Source of the DNA: Mobula hypostoma
Taxonomy: Eukaryota
DNA: 64,000 nucleotides
Assembly (NCBI RefSeq): GCF_963921235.1
Contig: NC_086097.1
Coordinates: 120,716,001 to 120,780,000 of the forward strand
Reading direction: 5' to 3'
This document shows positions 1-11,287 of this stretch, piece after piece; the stretch's first letter is position 1; the number at the start of each line of letters is the position of its first letter. A program made the position numbers and the translations under genes. Below the pieces are notes generated by a model that made no database searches, was not told where the DNA came from, and was given only the letters and a program-made list of their open reading frames with translations.

Positions 1-214
1 AAACTGCCACCTAAATGTTATTAAGTAAAAAGTATGTTTCAGTTTTAGTTCCTCTCATCCAGCTCATTTGATATCTGTTCCAGAATGGTAACCAACAATA
101 TCAGTCCAAGGGCAGTGGATAAAGACATTTATTTTATTATATAGTGTTGCCTTGCTAGGGAAGATTCAAATCCATTAGCTCTTCACTTGGCAGCAGAGAA
201 TTACAGAAACTTTT

Positions 215-560
215 CCAGCAATATCATGAAGGATCGCACTCATTCAGGTTATGCACTGCTTTTCCCAATCATGCCATCAAAGAGGCTATGCAGAATCTAT
301 GCCAGGACCAGCAGACTCAGAAACAGTAAATAACTCCTAAGCTATTAGGCTGATCAACACCTCCACCGCCTGACCCACCCCACCACGTGACCCACCACCA
401 CTACCCGCATATCACCTTGTATCACTTCATGTACATACAATCAGTCTCTGTTTGTTAGTTACTTGTACATTGTGTTTTGTAAGATTGCTTTTATATTTAT
501 ATTTATTGTGTTTTTTTTCTGTTTTTATGTTCTTAATGTGTTTAGCAATGTGACTATATA
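215..560 (+). mobile_element. Rex1/Babar-type LINE, decayed 3' end and 3' UTR
   Basis: Degenerate KDxxHxGxALF..PSxR..RT.R.RNS C-terminal motif shared with better copies (26590-26735, 61380-61520), then T-rich UTR. Confidence 0.6.
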
Positions 561-564
561 CTAG

Positions 565-800
565 CTTGAGATTTATCTTCTCGCAGCCATTTACAGGCAG
601 ATTTTTTAAAAATTGCAATTAAATTTATGAAAAGCTATACATAAGCAAAGACTAACAAACAACCAATGTGCAAAATAAGACAAAACGTGCAAATAAATAC
701 ATAAAAGCAAACCCAAATCGCTGATACTCTGAAAATGAGTTGTAAAGTCCTTGAAGGTGAGTCTGTAGATTGTGATAGCTTCATAATGATATCCTGCTAC
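565..800 (-). mobile_element. Rex1/Babar-type LINE 3' UTR fragment
   Basis: Reverse complement resembles the UTRs at 11640-11850 and 51770-52000. Confidence 0.55.
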
Positions 801-811
801 AAGGTTTAATC

Positions 812-900
812 TGTGGTCCATTCAGAGATGCTTTTCTGCACATCACTGTTGTAGTGTGTGGTTATTTGAGTTACTGTCACCTTCCTGTCACCTTGAGCGT
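812..900 (-). mobile_element. Tc1-derived fragment
   Basis: ttcagagatgcttttctgca..gagttactgtcaccttcctgtca is the reverse complement of 32890-32965 inside the Tc1 derivative. Confidence 0.65.
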
Positions 901-902
901 AA

Positions 903-952
903 TGTCAGTGTTAGTAAACCTCATTTTGATTCTGATTCTGATTCTGATTCTG
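903..952 (+). repeat. (CTGATT)n LINE 3' tail remnant
   Basis: taaacc..gattctgattctgattctgattctg; same tail as 13260-13281, 16265-16288 and 61740-61772. Confidence 0.75.
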
Positions 953-964
953 CAGGATTATTCA

Positions 965-1425
965 GACTGGCTGCAGAAAAGGTTTACCAAGATGCTCCCT
1001 ACACCAGAGATTGTGTTCTGTGGGAGGCCTTTAGATAAACTTGGATTGTTTACTCTCAGGTGTTGGAGGCAGAGAGAGATGGAGACCTGGTAGATATTGA
1101 TAAAATTGTGAGAGGCACAGATAGGGAAAACAATCAAAGTACAATGTCCAATGCTAGAGGACATGTATTTGAGTTGAGAGGAGGTAATTTTCAAGAAAAT
1201 GTTCAGGGCACGTTTTTTTACACAGTATGTGGAATGAGCTGTTAAGGATACTGGTGAGAGCAAATATGATGGGGGTATTCTAGATCTTTTAGATAGACAC
1301 AAAAATATGCAAAGAATGGAGGGATATGGATCCTGTGCTGGCAGAAGAGATTTAGTTTAATTTGGCATTGTGTTCAGCAGACCTCATGGGTTAAAGAGCC
1401 TGTTGCTTCACTGTGCTGTTCTATA
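965..1425 (+). mobile_element. CR1 LINE, decayed 3' end
   Basis: QKRFTKMLP, LDKLGLFTL and RGHVFELRGGNF pieces in shifted frames; CR1-type tail ending tgctgttctat. Confidence 0.75.
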
Positions 1426-1611
1426 TATAAAATTGAAAATGATGGAAATATTGTAAATATATAAACTAACCCCCGTTTTTGTAAAAAAAAACAAACAATA
1501 ATAAGGATAAGAAATGTAAACTGAATAATCTTTGGACATCTCAGGAAGATAAAGAGGGAGAGTCTAAGGGAAGTAAAGAAAACACATCAAAGTTCAAGCC
1601 AGGTGACTGAA

Positions 1612-2275
1612 GACAGTGTTGTGAAGACAAATGCAGCATTAGCATTCATTCGGAGAGGACTGGAATATAAAACCAACAAAGTAATGCTGAGGTTTTACAA
1701 GGCATGGGTCAGACCACATTTGGTGTGTTGAAAGCAGTTTTGTTGCCCAAACATAAGGAAAGATGTGCTGGCATTTGAGAAGGTTCAGTGGAGGTTCATG
1801 AGTATGGTCTTGAGAATGAAAGGGTTAAAGTATGAGGTAAATTTGATGGCTCTGGGACTGTATTTGCTAGAGTTTAGAAGAATGAGGGGCATCTCTTTGA
1901 AACAGACCAATATATTGAAAGGCCTAGATAGAGTGGATGTGGAGAGGATGTTCCTAATAGTGGGAGAGGCTGAGACCAGAAGGCACCAGACTCTGATTAC
2001 AAGGACATCCTTTTATAATAAGATGAGGGGAATTTTTTTTTATATCTCAGAGGGTGGTGAATTTGTGGAATTCATTGCCACGGACAGCTGTGGAGGCAAG
2101 TCATTGAGTATACTTAAAGTGGAGGTTGATAGAGACTTAATTAGTAAGAGTATCAAAAGTTATGGATAGAAAGCAGGAGAGAGAGTTTAGAAAATAAGTC
2201 AGCCATGGTTGAACAGTGGAGCACACTTGATGGGTTGAACGGCCCAATTCTGCTCCTATGTCTTCTAGTTTTATG
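1612..2275 (+). mobile_element. CR1 LINE 3' fragment
   Basis: ORF 1765-2169 LGLYLLEFRRMRG..LKGLDRVDVERMF; 3' hairpin/tail ggcccaattctgctcctatgtctt. Confidence 0.85.
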
Positions 2276-2524
2276 CACTTAGAGGAGACTGGGGAGGCAG
2301 TGATATATGATAATGCTCAATGTATCAGACTGTCCTGTGAACAAGTAGAGGCCTCAATACTTATTGGGGTCCATCAGGTAGAAGGCTGCTCCATTGGTTA
2401 GAAAAGGCAGGAGAGTAGTGACAAAGTCCATTCTGAAGCACAGTGGGATTGAACTGTGAGGAGAGTGGCAGATCTACAAGCTGAAACAGAAGACATTGAA
2501 AAGAAGAGAAAGAAATCTATTACC

Positions 2525-2908
2525 ACTGTCTTCTCCTCACCTGCCCGTCACCTCCCTCTGGTGCCCCTCCTCCTTTCCTTTCTCCCAATAGTCCATTCTC
2601 CTCTCCTATCAAATTCCTTTTTCTTCAACCCTTTACCCCTTTCACCCAGCTTCTCACAGCATCCTCCCTCCCCCACTTATCTTTGCCTTCGCCTGTTTTC
2701 GCCTATCACCTACCAGCTTACATTCCTTCCACTCCCCCCACCTTCTTAATATGGCTTCTTCCCCTTCTTTTTCCTGTCCTGATGAAGGGTCTGGACCAAA
2801 ATACGAACTGTTTATTCCTCTCCACAGATGCTGCCAGACTTACTGAGTTCCTTCAGCACTTAGTACATGTTGCTCTGGATTTCCAGCACCTGCAGAATCT
2901 CTCGTATT
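2525..2908 (+). mobile_element. Penelope-like element pseudo-LTR/3' end with decayed hammerhead motif
   Basis: Pyrimidine-rich tract, then gtcctgatgaagggtc..cagatgctgcc..ccagcacctgcagaatctctcgt, homologous to 31613-31990 and 49767-50097. Confidence 0.75.
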
Positions 2909-3619
2909 ATTATGAAAAAAATTTGAATTGTGCTTGCTGTTGTAATGCAGGGCAACCTTCTGACTAAAGTTGCAAAGGCAGCTTGAGCTCTGTGGAGATG
3001 CCAGTGCCCAGCGGCAACTGTCAGCAGGCATTATGGAAAGGAAATCGGGGAAGCAGATCTCAGGAGACCGATCTGAAACTCCTAGGTTCCCATTCTGTCA
3101 AATGTAAAAATCATCTCTTGATCAAAAGTACCCAAACAAGGCAAAGTGAAAGCTGAACTGCTAAATATATCAGAAACATTATACCGCAGCAAAGATGACA
3201 AGTGTTAGATACACTGTATATCAATGTTTACAATCTCAGAATTGATTTTGTTATGCTTATTATTTCTGACATCCCCATTACAATCATATCTGACCCTCCC
3301 CTTACAGTATTCTGGAAAGATTGTTCCTGCAGGAAGCTCTGATTCACTCTCCTCTCTCCACCAATGTTCTCTCTCTTCTTCCTGTAGTTCCTTCCTGTGC
3401 AATACCAATACAGAAGCAGTTCAAAGTTCAAAGTAAATTTATTATCAAAGTACGCATTATAATAATAATATGCACTTTTCATACTTTAAGATGCAGGCTC
3501 AAAGTGCTTTACATAGATTGTAAAGGTAAATCAATATAGTCATAAAAATATGAGAAAAAATTAAAATTAGTAAGTAAAGACACATATTATATCGAATGAA
3601 ATGTAATCGAATACATAGA

Positions 3620-4200
3620 GCAGGAATTTCTAGACTGTCTACAAGATGACTTTTTAGAGCAGCTCGTGCTGAGCCCACTAGGAACCTATTAAGTTCCCAG
3701 CTATAATCTTCTTTCAGCCATGATTCAGTGATGCCTACAACATCATACCTGCTGATCTGCAACTTTGCTGTAAGTTCATTTACCTTATTCCATATACTGC
3801 GCTATTTCAAATATAACATCTTTGGTCCCGTATTCACCCTTTTCAATTTTGTCCGCCTTTTATGTGGCAACTCATCCTGTTGACTGCAATTTTGCCCTAT
3901 CAACAGCCTCTCCTCATTACACATTGCCTCTGTTTGTAAATCAACTTCCTCATCCTTAGCACTATCATTTGTTTTTCCTACAATACTTCTTGTATTGAAG
4001 TATATGCATCTCAGGACAATAGTCACACCATGCGCAACCTTTTGATTCCTAACCTGGTCTGAGGTCATACCAACATCTGCCTCCACAACCTCACCACTAA
4101 CTGCCCTGGCACTCTGGTTCCCATCCTCCTGCAACTCTAGTTTAAACCCCACCATGCAGCATTAACAAACCTTCCCGCTAAGGTATTAGCCCCCCTCCAC
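3620..4200 (-). mobile_element. CR1 LINE endonuclease-region fragment with a short inverted piece (3620-3683 on +)
   Basis: Minus strand YFNTRSI and YDVVGITESWLKEDYSWELN (APE endonuclease N-terminus); plus strand EFLDCLQDDFLEQLVLSP. Confidence 0.75.
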
Positions 4201-4269
4201 TTCCTTCTTATCACTGACATCCTTAACCAAACCATTTTGGACTTCCCAACCTGCTTCTTCATAAGTAAT

Positions 4270-4482
4270 ACATAAATGCATGCTGGTATTTATGCATCTA
4301 TGTAAATTTTATTCCATATCTGTACTTTAGTCTCTAACTTTATTCTTTATATAATTATGTATTATTTATAGTTATTGAATGTTGTTGTTTCTGTTGTGTC
4401 ATGACCTGACCAACACACCACAGCAAATTCCTAATAGATGTAATATGACAAATAAAGTTGATCATTGGTCCTTGATCCTTCA
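4270..4482 (+). mobile_element. LINE 3' UTR/tail remnant
   Basis: T-rich UTR ending gacaaataaagttgatc..ccttgatcctt (polyA signal plus short tandem tail). Confidence 0.5.
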
Positions 4483-4882
4483 TTCTTCTAGTTTTCATTC
4501 TATCAATCAGCTCTTTATTTTGTTGACATGTTGTAACTTCCTACTTGACCTTACCACTTCAAAGTCTGTGTCCAGAAAGTGTCTGAACAACGCAATCTCA
4601 ATAACTGTCATAATTATGCTTACTCTCTAATTTAAAATAACATAATTACAATCATCTTAAATTAATCCCTGACAATTAAAAAAAATGTCAATAATTAGCA
4701 GCATCTTCTTCCTTTAGGTTTGGTTTGCAGAGGAGCTCATTAAAGATCAGGGAATGAAAAATCCTGCTATATCATATAATGATTTACTGTTGATGTTTTA
4801 GCAAAACTTGATGTTTTTCCAAAACTTGCTCTCAACAGAGCAGACAGAATTCAATGCATTCAAGGTGAAGAATCATACTTAG

Positions 4883-5262
4883 TATTCAAGATTGCTTAAT
4901 GTCATTTCCACTACACAAGTGTATAATAGAATGATATAATTGTTACTCCAGATTCAATGCAGCACAAAAAACACGATAAGATAAAGAACACAATGATAAC
5001 AAAAAAAACAATTAGATAGAAATACATAATATACTTTCTATACATAGATTAGTTGTAAGTCCATAAAGTGACTAGGCACGGGAGCGTCCGTACCTAAGAT
5101 GATTGACAGGAAATGGTAAAGTAATGGTTTTGGGGATTTGGAGGGGTGAGTTATTGGGTGGAGGTGTTGATCATCCTTATTGCTTGGGGAAAGTAACTGT
5201 TTTTTGAATCAGGGTGTCCTGACGTGGATGCTACATAGCCTCCTCCCTGATAGAAGTGGGCT
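4883..5262 (-). mobile_element. Rex1/Babar-type LINE 3' end
   Basis: Minus strand LLSGRRLCSIHVRT..FKKQ..P.AIR.IN then UTR ending aatgacattaagcaatcttgaat. Confidence 0.65.
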
Positions 5263-5269
5263 CCAAAGG

Positions 5270-5850
5270 TAGTCATAGCTGAAGAGTAATAGTGGGGACG
5301 AGCTCCCACTGCTAAACAAATGCTCTTCATGGCGTGTGTCTCAAACAGCCTCTGACAACCAAGTCCAACTCCTGGCCTTCACGTGTGGCATAGTTCTTAT
5401 GCCCGGCAGAGCTGTTCTCACGGACAGGAGAAGGGGCAAGGCGGGCCACTGGTGCCTTAAAACCAGTTACTCAGGGCAGATGGGTTTTGTTACTACGGAA
5501 ACTCCGATTTCAAACCTCTGCTGCCTTGCAGCTATACCCACTCACAGGAAAGGCTTTGGGAGTAAACTCCAAGGAAAAGTCTAGAGTCGGAGTCCCGAAG
5601 GCGGCTGACTGCTGTACCCAGCACCAGCACAGCAACTCCTGCCATGCTGCTGGCACCAAACTATATCGACTTCCGTCGGTCCTTTGGACCTGTCACCAGC
5701 ATGGAGAGGGGGGTCCCACTGCATGGGCAACAGACAGATCTCCTTATCTATTCTGCCCTGGCTTGCGCCCTGGAGAGTCCACTCCAGCTTCACTTTATAG
5801 CATTAGAAGAGGCGCAGTACCCATGGTCGACCACGACCGACAGATGCCAC
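5270..5850 (+). mobile_element. GC-rich non-coding repeat, probably RTE-clade LINE 5' leader or derived SINE
   Basis: GC-rich, hairpin-rich, no credible ORF; motifs atgcccgg..ggagaagggg..taaaac and ggcttgcgccctggagag recall RTE 5' UTRs (from memory). Confidence 0.4.
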
Positions 5851-6374
5851 AAAGCAAAGATAGGAGTGGGACAACCACACACTTCGAAAGATGGATCAGA
5901 ATGACTGGTGCATTAGTTTCAAGATCACTGACGAACGCTGAATACAACTACACATAGATCGACGAAGAGGTCCTTAATCTAGTACGAGGAATAAAGAAGT
6001 CCCACCACTACCTCTACGGACAAAAGTTTACTCTAGTGACAGATCACCAGCCCTTTGTGTTTATTTTCAATCCCTGTGATGTCTACTACCCAGTTGCAAC
6101 ATTGGGCATTTTTCCTAGGAGACAACTCCTATGGTATAAAGTTCAAGGGTACCAAACAACATAACAATGCTGACGGTTTGTCATGTCTTTCATTGTTGGC
6201 AACTGAGGAATAGAAGTCTTCATTCTGTGACCCCGCAGAGGTGTTACACACAAAATTGGTGGACCAGTTGCCAGTAATAAATTCCAACATACAAAGAGAA
6301 CCAAGGAATGACCAACATTGTCAAAGGTCTATGACATCAGCATGCAAGGATGGTCAGCTCTTGGCAATCCTATG

Positions 6375-7171
6375 TGTAATGCCCTGGTTAAGACTTTACT
6401 GCTATACTGTAGGGATTTCATTTTAGCAGTTCTGAAAGAGCAGTTTGTTTGAGCTAAAGATAAATGATGGTGATATTGATGCTTTGGAACATAGTGTCAT
6501 CTAATAAGGATGGTGGAATTGGTAGAAGGTTCTAGAATGCTGGGCAGTGAAGTTTTTGTGATAGACACTGGTGTGGGTCAAGGTCTTTTGGCAGGAGCTG
6601 GGAGAAGACAAGAGGGAAGATGGTTGAGGATGCCGTCCCTGTTGCACAGGGTGCTTTGTGCAGATGAATGGCTTCAAGGAGGAAGGACCAATGCTCCCAC
6701 GGGGGAGCCTATTTGTTCAAGATGGATTTTGAGAGACATTCGAAAGGTGGTGCAGGCTTTCATGCGGACTGTAGGTCCAGTGTGTGAGTTAAAAACAACT
6801 TCAAGATGAGCTCCAATTTATGTGTACATTTGGACTGGGTTAACTGTAATGGGCCTCTTTTTATTTTTTTTTATCCTACTAACTGTTCAATAAAGCTGAA
6901 ATTTGTAAATATACTTTCTTTATAATTGTATGCAGTGCATGGTCTGTTATTTTTTGCTGACAGGCGATTGCATGGGGGGAGTAATTATGCAGTATTCTCA
7001 TAGATTGGGGTTCGGGAGGGCAAGACATCCCAACCTCCCAGGTTGTTGAGACACAAGTCATATCAACCCTAGACATGTGGAGTCTGAGAAAAGTAGTTTT
7101 CTCACTGGAGTCCGTTGGCCATTAGTGAGGGGCTAATGAGGCACAAATATGCCCGTAAAGAAGGGGTTTCA
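6375..7171 (+). mobile_element. Solo LTR nested in the Gypsy pol remnant
   Basis: Starts tgtaatgccc, ends ggggtttca; 4-bp TSD TATG at 6371-6374 and 7172-7175; aataaa near 6889. Confidence 0.85.
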
Positions 7172-8144
7172 TATGTTTCCAGAAGTCAACTACACCAGGA
7201 AAGACTGTTTCCACTCTGAGGACTATTTTTTCCAGAAATAGCTTTCCTGAACAAATTGTGAGTGACAATGGACCACAATAAACATCAGAAGAGCAAAACT
7301 GGTATCCAACATTTCAAGTCAGCTTCTCACCACCCAGCAATGAATGGGTTAGCTGAAAGGTTTATCCAAACCTTCAAGGAGTCCATTAAAGGGATGGACA
7401 AGTAGGACATTTCTCTATAGCACAAGGTGGACAACTTCCTTTTTGTGTACTAGAACACGGTTCATGAGACGACAAATCAAACACCTGCAATGCTGTCCAT
7501 GAGAGGAATCAGAGATCTCATGTAGACCTCAAGAAACCAGATCTACAGAGGGAAGTGCAGAATAAACAGTCAGTTCAGCCAATTGCCCAGTACAGGCAAG
7601 GAGCTTTGAGGTTGCACAGGAAGTCCTTGCATGTGACTACAGAGAAGAAGATGGATACCAAGTAGCAATAAGAACTGGACCACTGATATACACAGTGGAT
7701 GTTGGAGAATATACATGGAAACAACAAGTGGACCAAGTACTGGATGTTCTGCTGAAGAATATACCTAAGTCGACTGCATCCAACAAGGCAGACACATTAC
7801 GGTCTTTTGGGTGGCGCTCTGTTTCTTTCAGGGTAGCACCTTTGGATCTGTGGAGTGGCATCAGGTATGGCAGATGCCTTGTCAAAGACAACTTTCTCTG
7901 TTGCAGATGTCATGTTGCTGCTGGTGACGTGATTATCACTAAGAGGTAAGTCCGAATGCTGTAATGTGTCTGCCTTGTTGGATGCTATCCTACTTGGTAT
8001 CCACTTTCTTCTCTGTAGTCACTGAAGTTAGTTATGGACTGTTATTGTGAAAGCATATTTATCTGAATATGGTTTGTTAAAAGGTAATTGAATGTTTCGT
8101 TATGTATGCCATTTTATGTTACAGTAATCTAAAATGGGAAGAAG

Positions 8145-8346
8145 TGTAATGTATGGATCTATTTCTTTTAGCATAATGACTCCCCTTAGAACTGATTATT
8201 GACTGATTATGACTGATAACTACTCATGCGCGTTGATCTGTTCTCTCCCTCCCCCCTCTCTCTTTCTGCAATGTGAATACACCAGTTAAAGTCACCTTCA
8301 CGTGTGTGCTTTTATTTCATTGATATGTAGTTGTACAGACACAACA
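8145..8346 (+). repeat. 3' LTR of the Gypsy remnant
   Basis: Purine tract gggaagaag (8136-8144) directly before TGTAAT; ends ..cacaaCA. Confidence 0.65.
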
Positions 8347-8621
8347 ACAACCAGATCCTTCCATTCAATATTTAGGGAAGGTTATATATCAGTAACTGCT
8401 TGAGATTAGATTGACTATGCTCACTGTCTCTCCTATTACATTGTGTGACGTAGTGTGATATAAGTAAACTAAATCCCCTCATGACTATGACCTGCTATAT
8501 TTCTTCTGCTTTCCTTGCTTAAACACAGCCTTGCATCATCTTCTTTGGCAATTTGGTAATTCTAGTCTCTAGTTTTTGCGTGATGACTTTACACTTGCCA
8601 CATATAACATATGAATAAAGT

Positions 8622-8893
8622 TAAAGATTCAGACTAGCTTTATTTGTCACATGTACGTTGAAACACCAAAACATACAGCTGGGGCAGGCTGCAAGAGTTG
8701 CCATGCTTCTGGTACCAACACAGCATGCCTACAACTCACAACTTACACTTCTTTGCAATATGGGAGGTATAAGGAGATAACCAATGTAGTCTTGGGAGAA
8801 TGTACAAACTCATTATGGCGGGAATCAAATGCAGGTCATTAAGCACTGGCACTGTAAAGTGGTTCTGCTAACTGCTGTGCTACGGTGTCGCCC
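8622..8893 (-). mobile_element. tRNA-derived V-type (HE1-like) SINE
   Basis: Minus strand tRNA-like head ggcgacaccgtagcacagcagttagc, core gagtttgtacattctccc, tail catgtgacaaataaagc. Confidence 0.75.
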
Positions 8894-9069
8894 TTTACCT
8901 CTTTAAATTGTTTAACCAATCCTCCAATGTGCTAGCCAACTTTTCCTCCATATTATTCAAATTTCTTAACTTAAGATCAAATGACTGTGAATCAGAAGAC
9001 GTCTCCCTTCCACATCTTATTTGGGAAGACAATAGCCCTAGACAATAAACTTTCTGAAGTTTATTTTTT

Positions 9070-9220
9070 TATTTAGAGGTATAGCACAGCAGAGGGCCCT
9101 TCCACCACAGCCCAATTACACCCATGTAACTAATTAACCTATTAACCCGTACGTCTTTGAGGCGAATGGAGCAGCTGGAGGAATCTCTCACAATCACGAG
9201 GAGAATGGACAAACTCCTTA
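9070..9220 (-). mobile_element. HE1-like SINE fragment
   Basis: Core aaggagtttgtccattctcctcgtga..caaagacgtacgggtta and CR1-like tail gaagggcc..tgctgtgct. Confidence 0.65.
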
Positions 9221-9302
9221 CTTAATCAATTGTCTTTCTTCCTCATTGACCCTTTTATTACAAGGCCAAATATTGAAATGTTCATTGATCATTTTCTTCA
9301 AT

Positions 9303-11072
9303 TGTGTGAAGAAAATAAGGATGACAGGAGTGAAGGTAGGACCGATTCGAGATAAAGGTGGGAAGATGTGCCTGGAGGCTGTGGAAGTGAGCGAGGTCCT
9401 CAATGAATACTTCTCTTCAGTATTCACCAATGAGAGGGAACTTGATGATGGTGAGGACAATATGAGTGAGGTTGATGTTCTGGAGCATGTTGATATTAAG
9501 TGAGAGGAGGTGTTGGAGTTGTTAAAATACATTAGGACAGATAAGTCCTCAGGGCCTGATGGAATATTCCCCAGGCTGCTCCAGGAGGCAAGGGAAGAGA
9601 TTGCTGAGCCTCTGGCTAGGATCTTTATGTCCTTGTTGTCCACAGGAATGTTACTGGAGTATTGGAGGGAGGCGAATGTTGTCCCCTTGTTCAAAAAAGG
9701 TAGTAGGGATAGTCCAGGTAATTATAGACCAGTGAGCCTTACATCTGTGGTGGGAAAGCTGTTGAAAAAGATTCTTAGAGATAGGATCTATGGGCATTTA
9801 TAGAATCATGGTCTGATCAGGGACAGTCAGCATGGCTTTGTGAAGGACAGATCGTGTCTAACAAGCCTGATAGAGTTCTTTGAGGAGGTGACCAGGCATA
9901 TAGATGAGGGTAGTGCAGTGGATGTGATCTATATGGATTTTAGTAAGGCATTTGACAAGGTTCCACAGAGTAGGCTTATTCAGAAAGTCAGAAGGCATGG
10001 GATCCAGGGAAGTTTGGCCAGGTGGATTCAGAATTGGCTTGCCTGCAGAAGGCAGAGGGTCATGGTGGAGGGAGTACATTCAGATTGGAAGATTGTGATG
10101 AGTGGTGTCCCACAAGGATCTGTTCTGGGACCTCTACTTTTCGTGATTTTGATTAATGACCTGGATGTGGGGGTAGAAGGTTGGGTTGGCAAGTTTGCAG
10201 ACGACACAAAGGTTGGTGGTGTTGTAGATAGTGTAGAGGACTGTCAAAGATTGCAGAGAGACATTGATAGGATGCAGAAGTGGGCTGAGAAGTGGCAGAT
10301 GGAGTTCAACCCGGAGTAGTGTGAGGTGGTACACTATGGAAGGACAAACTCCAAGGCAGAGTACAAAGTAAATGGCAGGATACTTGGTAGTGTGGAGGAG
10401 CAGAGGGATCTGGGGACACATGTCCACAGATCCCTGAAAGTTGCCTCACAGGTGGATAGGGTAGTTAAGAAAGCTTATGGGGTGTTAGCTTTCATAAGTC
10501 AAGGGATAGAGTTTAAGAGTCACGATGTAATGATGCAGCTCTATAAAACTCTGGTTAGGCCATACTTGGAGTATTGTGTCCAGTTCTGGTCGCCTCACTA
10601 TAGGAAGGATGTGGAAGCATTGGAAAGGGTACAGAGGAGATTTACCAGGATGCTGCCTGGTTTAGAGAGTATGCATTATTATCAGAGATTAAGGGAACTA
10701 GGGCTTTACTCTTTGGAGAGAAGGAGGATGAGAGGAGACATGATGGAGGTGTACAAGATAATAAAAGGAATGGATAGAGTGGATAACCAGCACCTCTTCC
10801 CCAGGGCACCACTGCTCAATGCAAGAGGACATGGCTTTAAGGTAAGGGGTGGGAAGTTCAAGAGAAGGTTTTTTATTCAGAGAGTGGTTGGTGCGTGGAA
10901 TGCACTGCCTGAGTCAGTGGTGGAGGCAGATACACTCATGAAGTTTAAGAGACTACTAGACAGGTATTTTGAGGAATTTAGCGTGGGGGTTATATGGGAG
11001 GCAGGGTTTGAGGGTCGGCACAACATTGTGGGCTGAAGGGCCTGTGATGTGCTATACTATTCTATGTCTATG
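9303..11072 (+). mobile_element. CR1 LINE, 5'-truncated, near-intact RT domain (pseudogenised ORF2)
   Basis: Four track ORFs in one frame split by stops at 9501, 9801 and 10317; DKSSGPDG, NYRPVSLTS, DFSKAFDKV, GVPQGSVLGP, KFADDTK; tail tattctatgtctatg. Confidence 0.95.
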
Positions 11073-11287
11073 CCTATAATCGCATGGTGTTCGGTTCCAT
11101 TCACAGTTCCTCTGCACATTAGGTAACACACACAATTTGTAGATAAAGCTCATGCAAGTGTTGATGATGCCAAGTAACCTATGTATCAAAGTAGTGTCAA
11201 AAAATGGTTGTCTCCTTAAGAAAGCACCAACACTTGCTTTCAGTAACATTACCATCATTGGACTTCCTACCATCTCAAACATGAGAT

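Larger units (their letters stand above)
5900..8346 (+). mobile_element. Gypsy/Ty3 LTR retrotransposon remnant (RNase H, integrase, PPT, 3' LTR), inactive
   Basis: SRSLTNAEYNY..KK.HHYLYGQKFTLVTDHQP and NADGLS (RNase H); FPEQIVSDNGPQ and HPAMNGLAERFIQTFK (integrase core); stops and deletions present. Confidence 0.9.

Noticed and set aside
854..1093. ORFs with ILILIL or DSDSDS runs
   Set aside because: Translation of the (CTGATT)n LINE tail
4700..4870. Strong-looking splice acceptor ttcttcctttAG followed by VWFAEELIKDQG
   Set aside because: The frame stops after 27 codons, there is no good donor before the stop, and the peptide is not recognised
9303..11072. Functional or domesticated reverse transcriptase gene
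   Set aside because: 5'-truncated, three in-frame stops, and an ordinary CR1 tail
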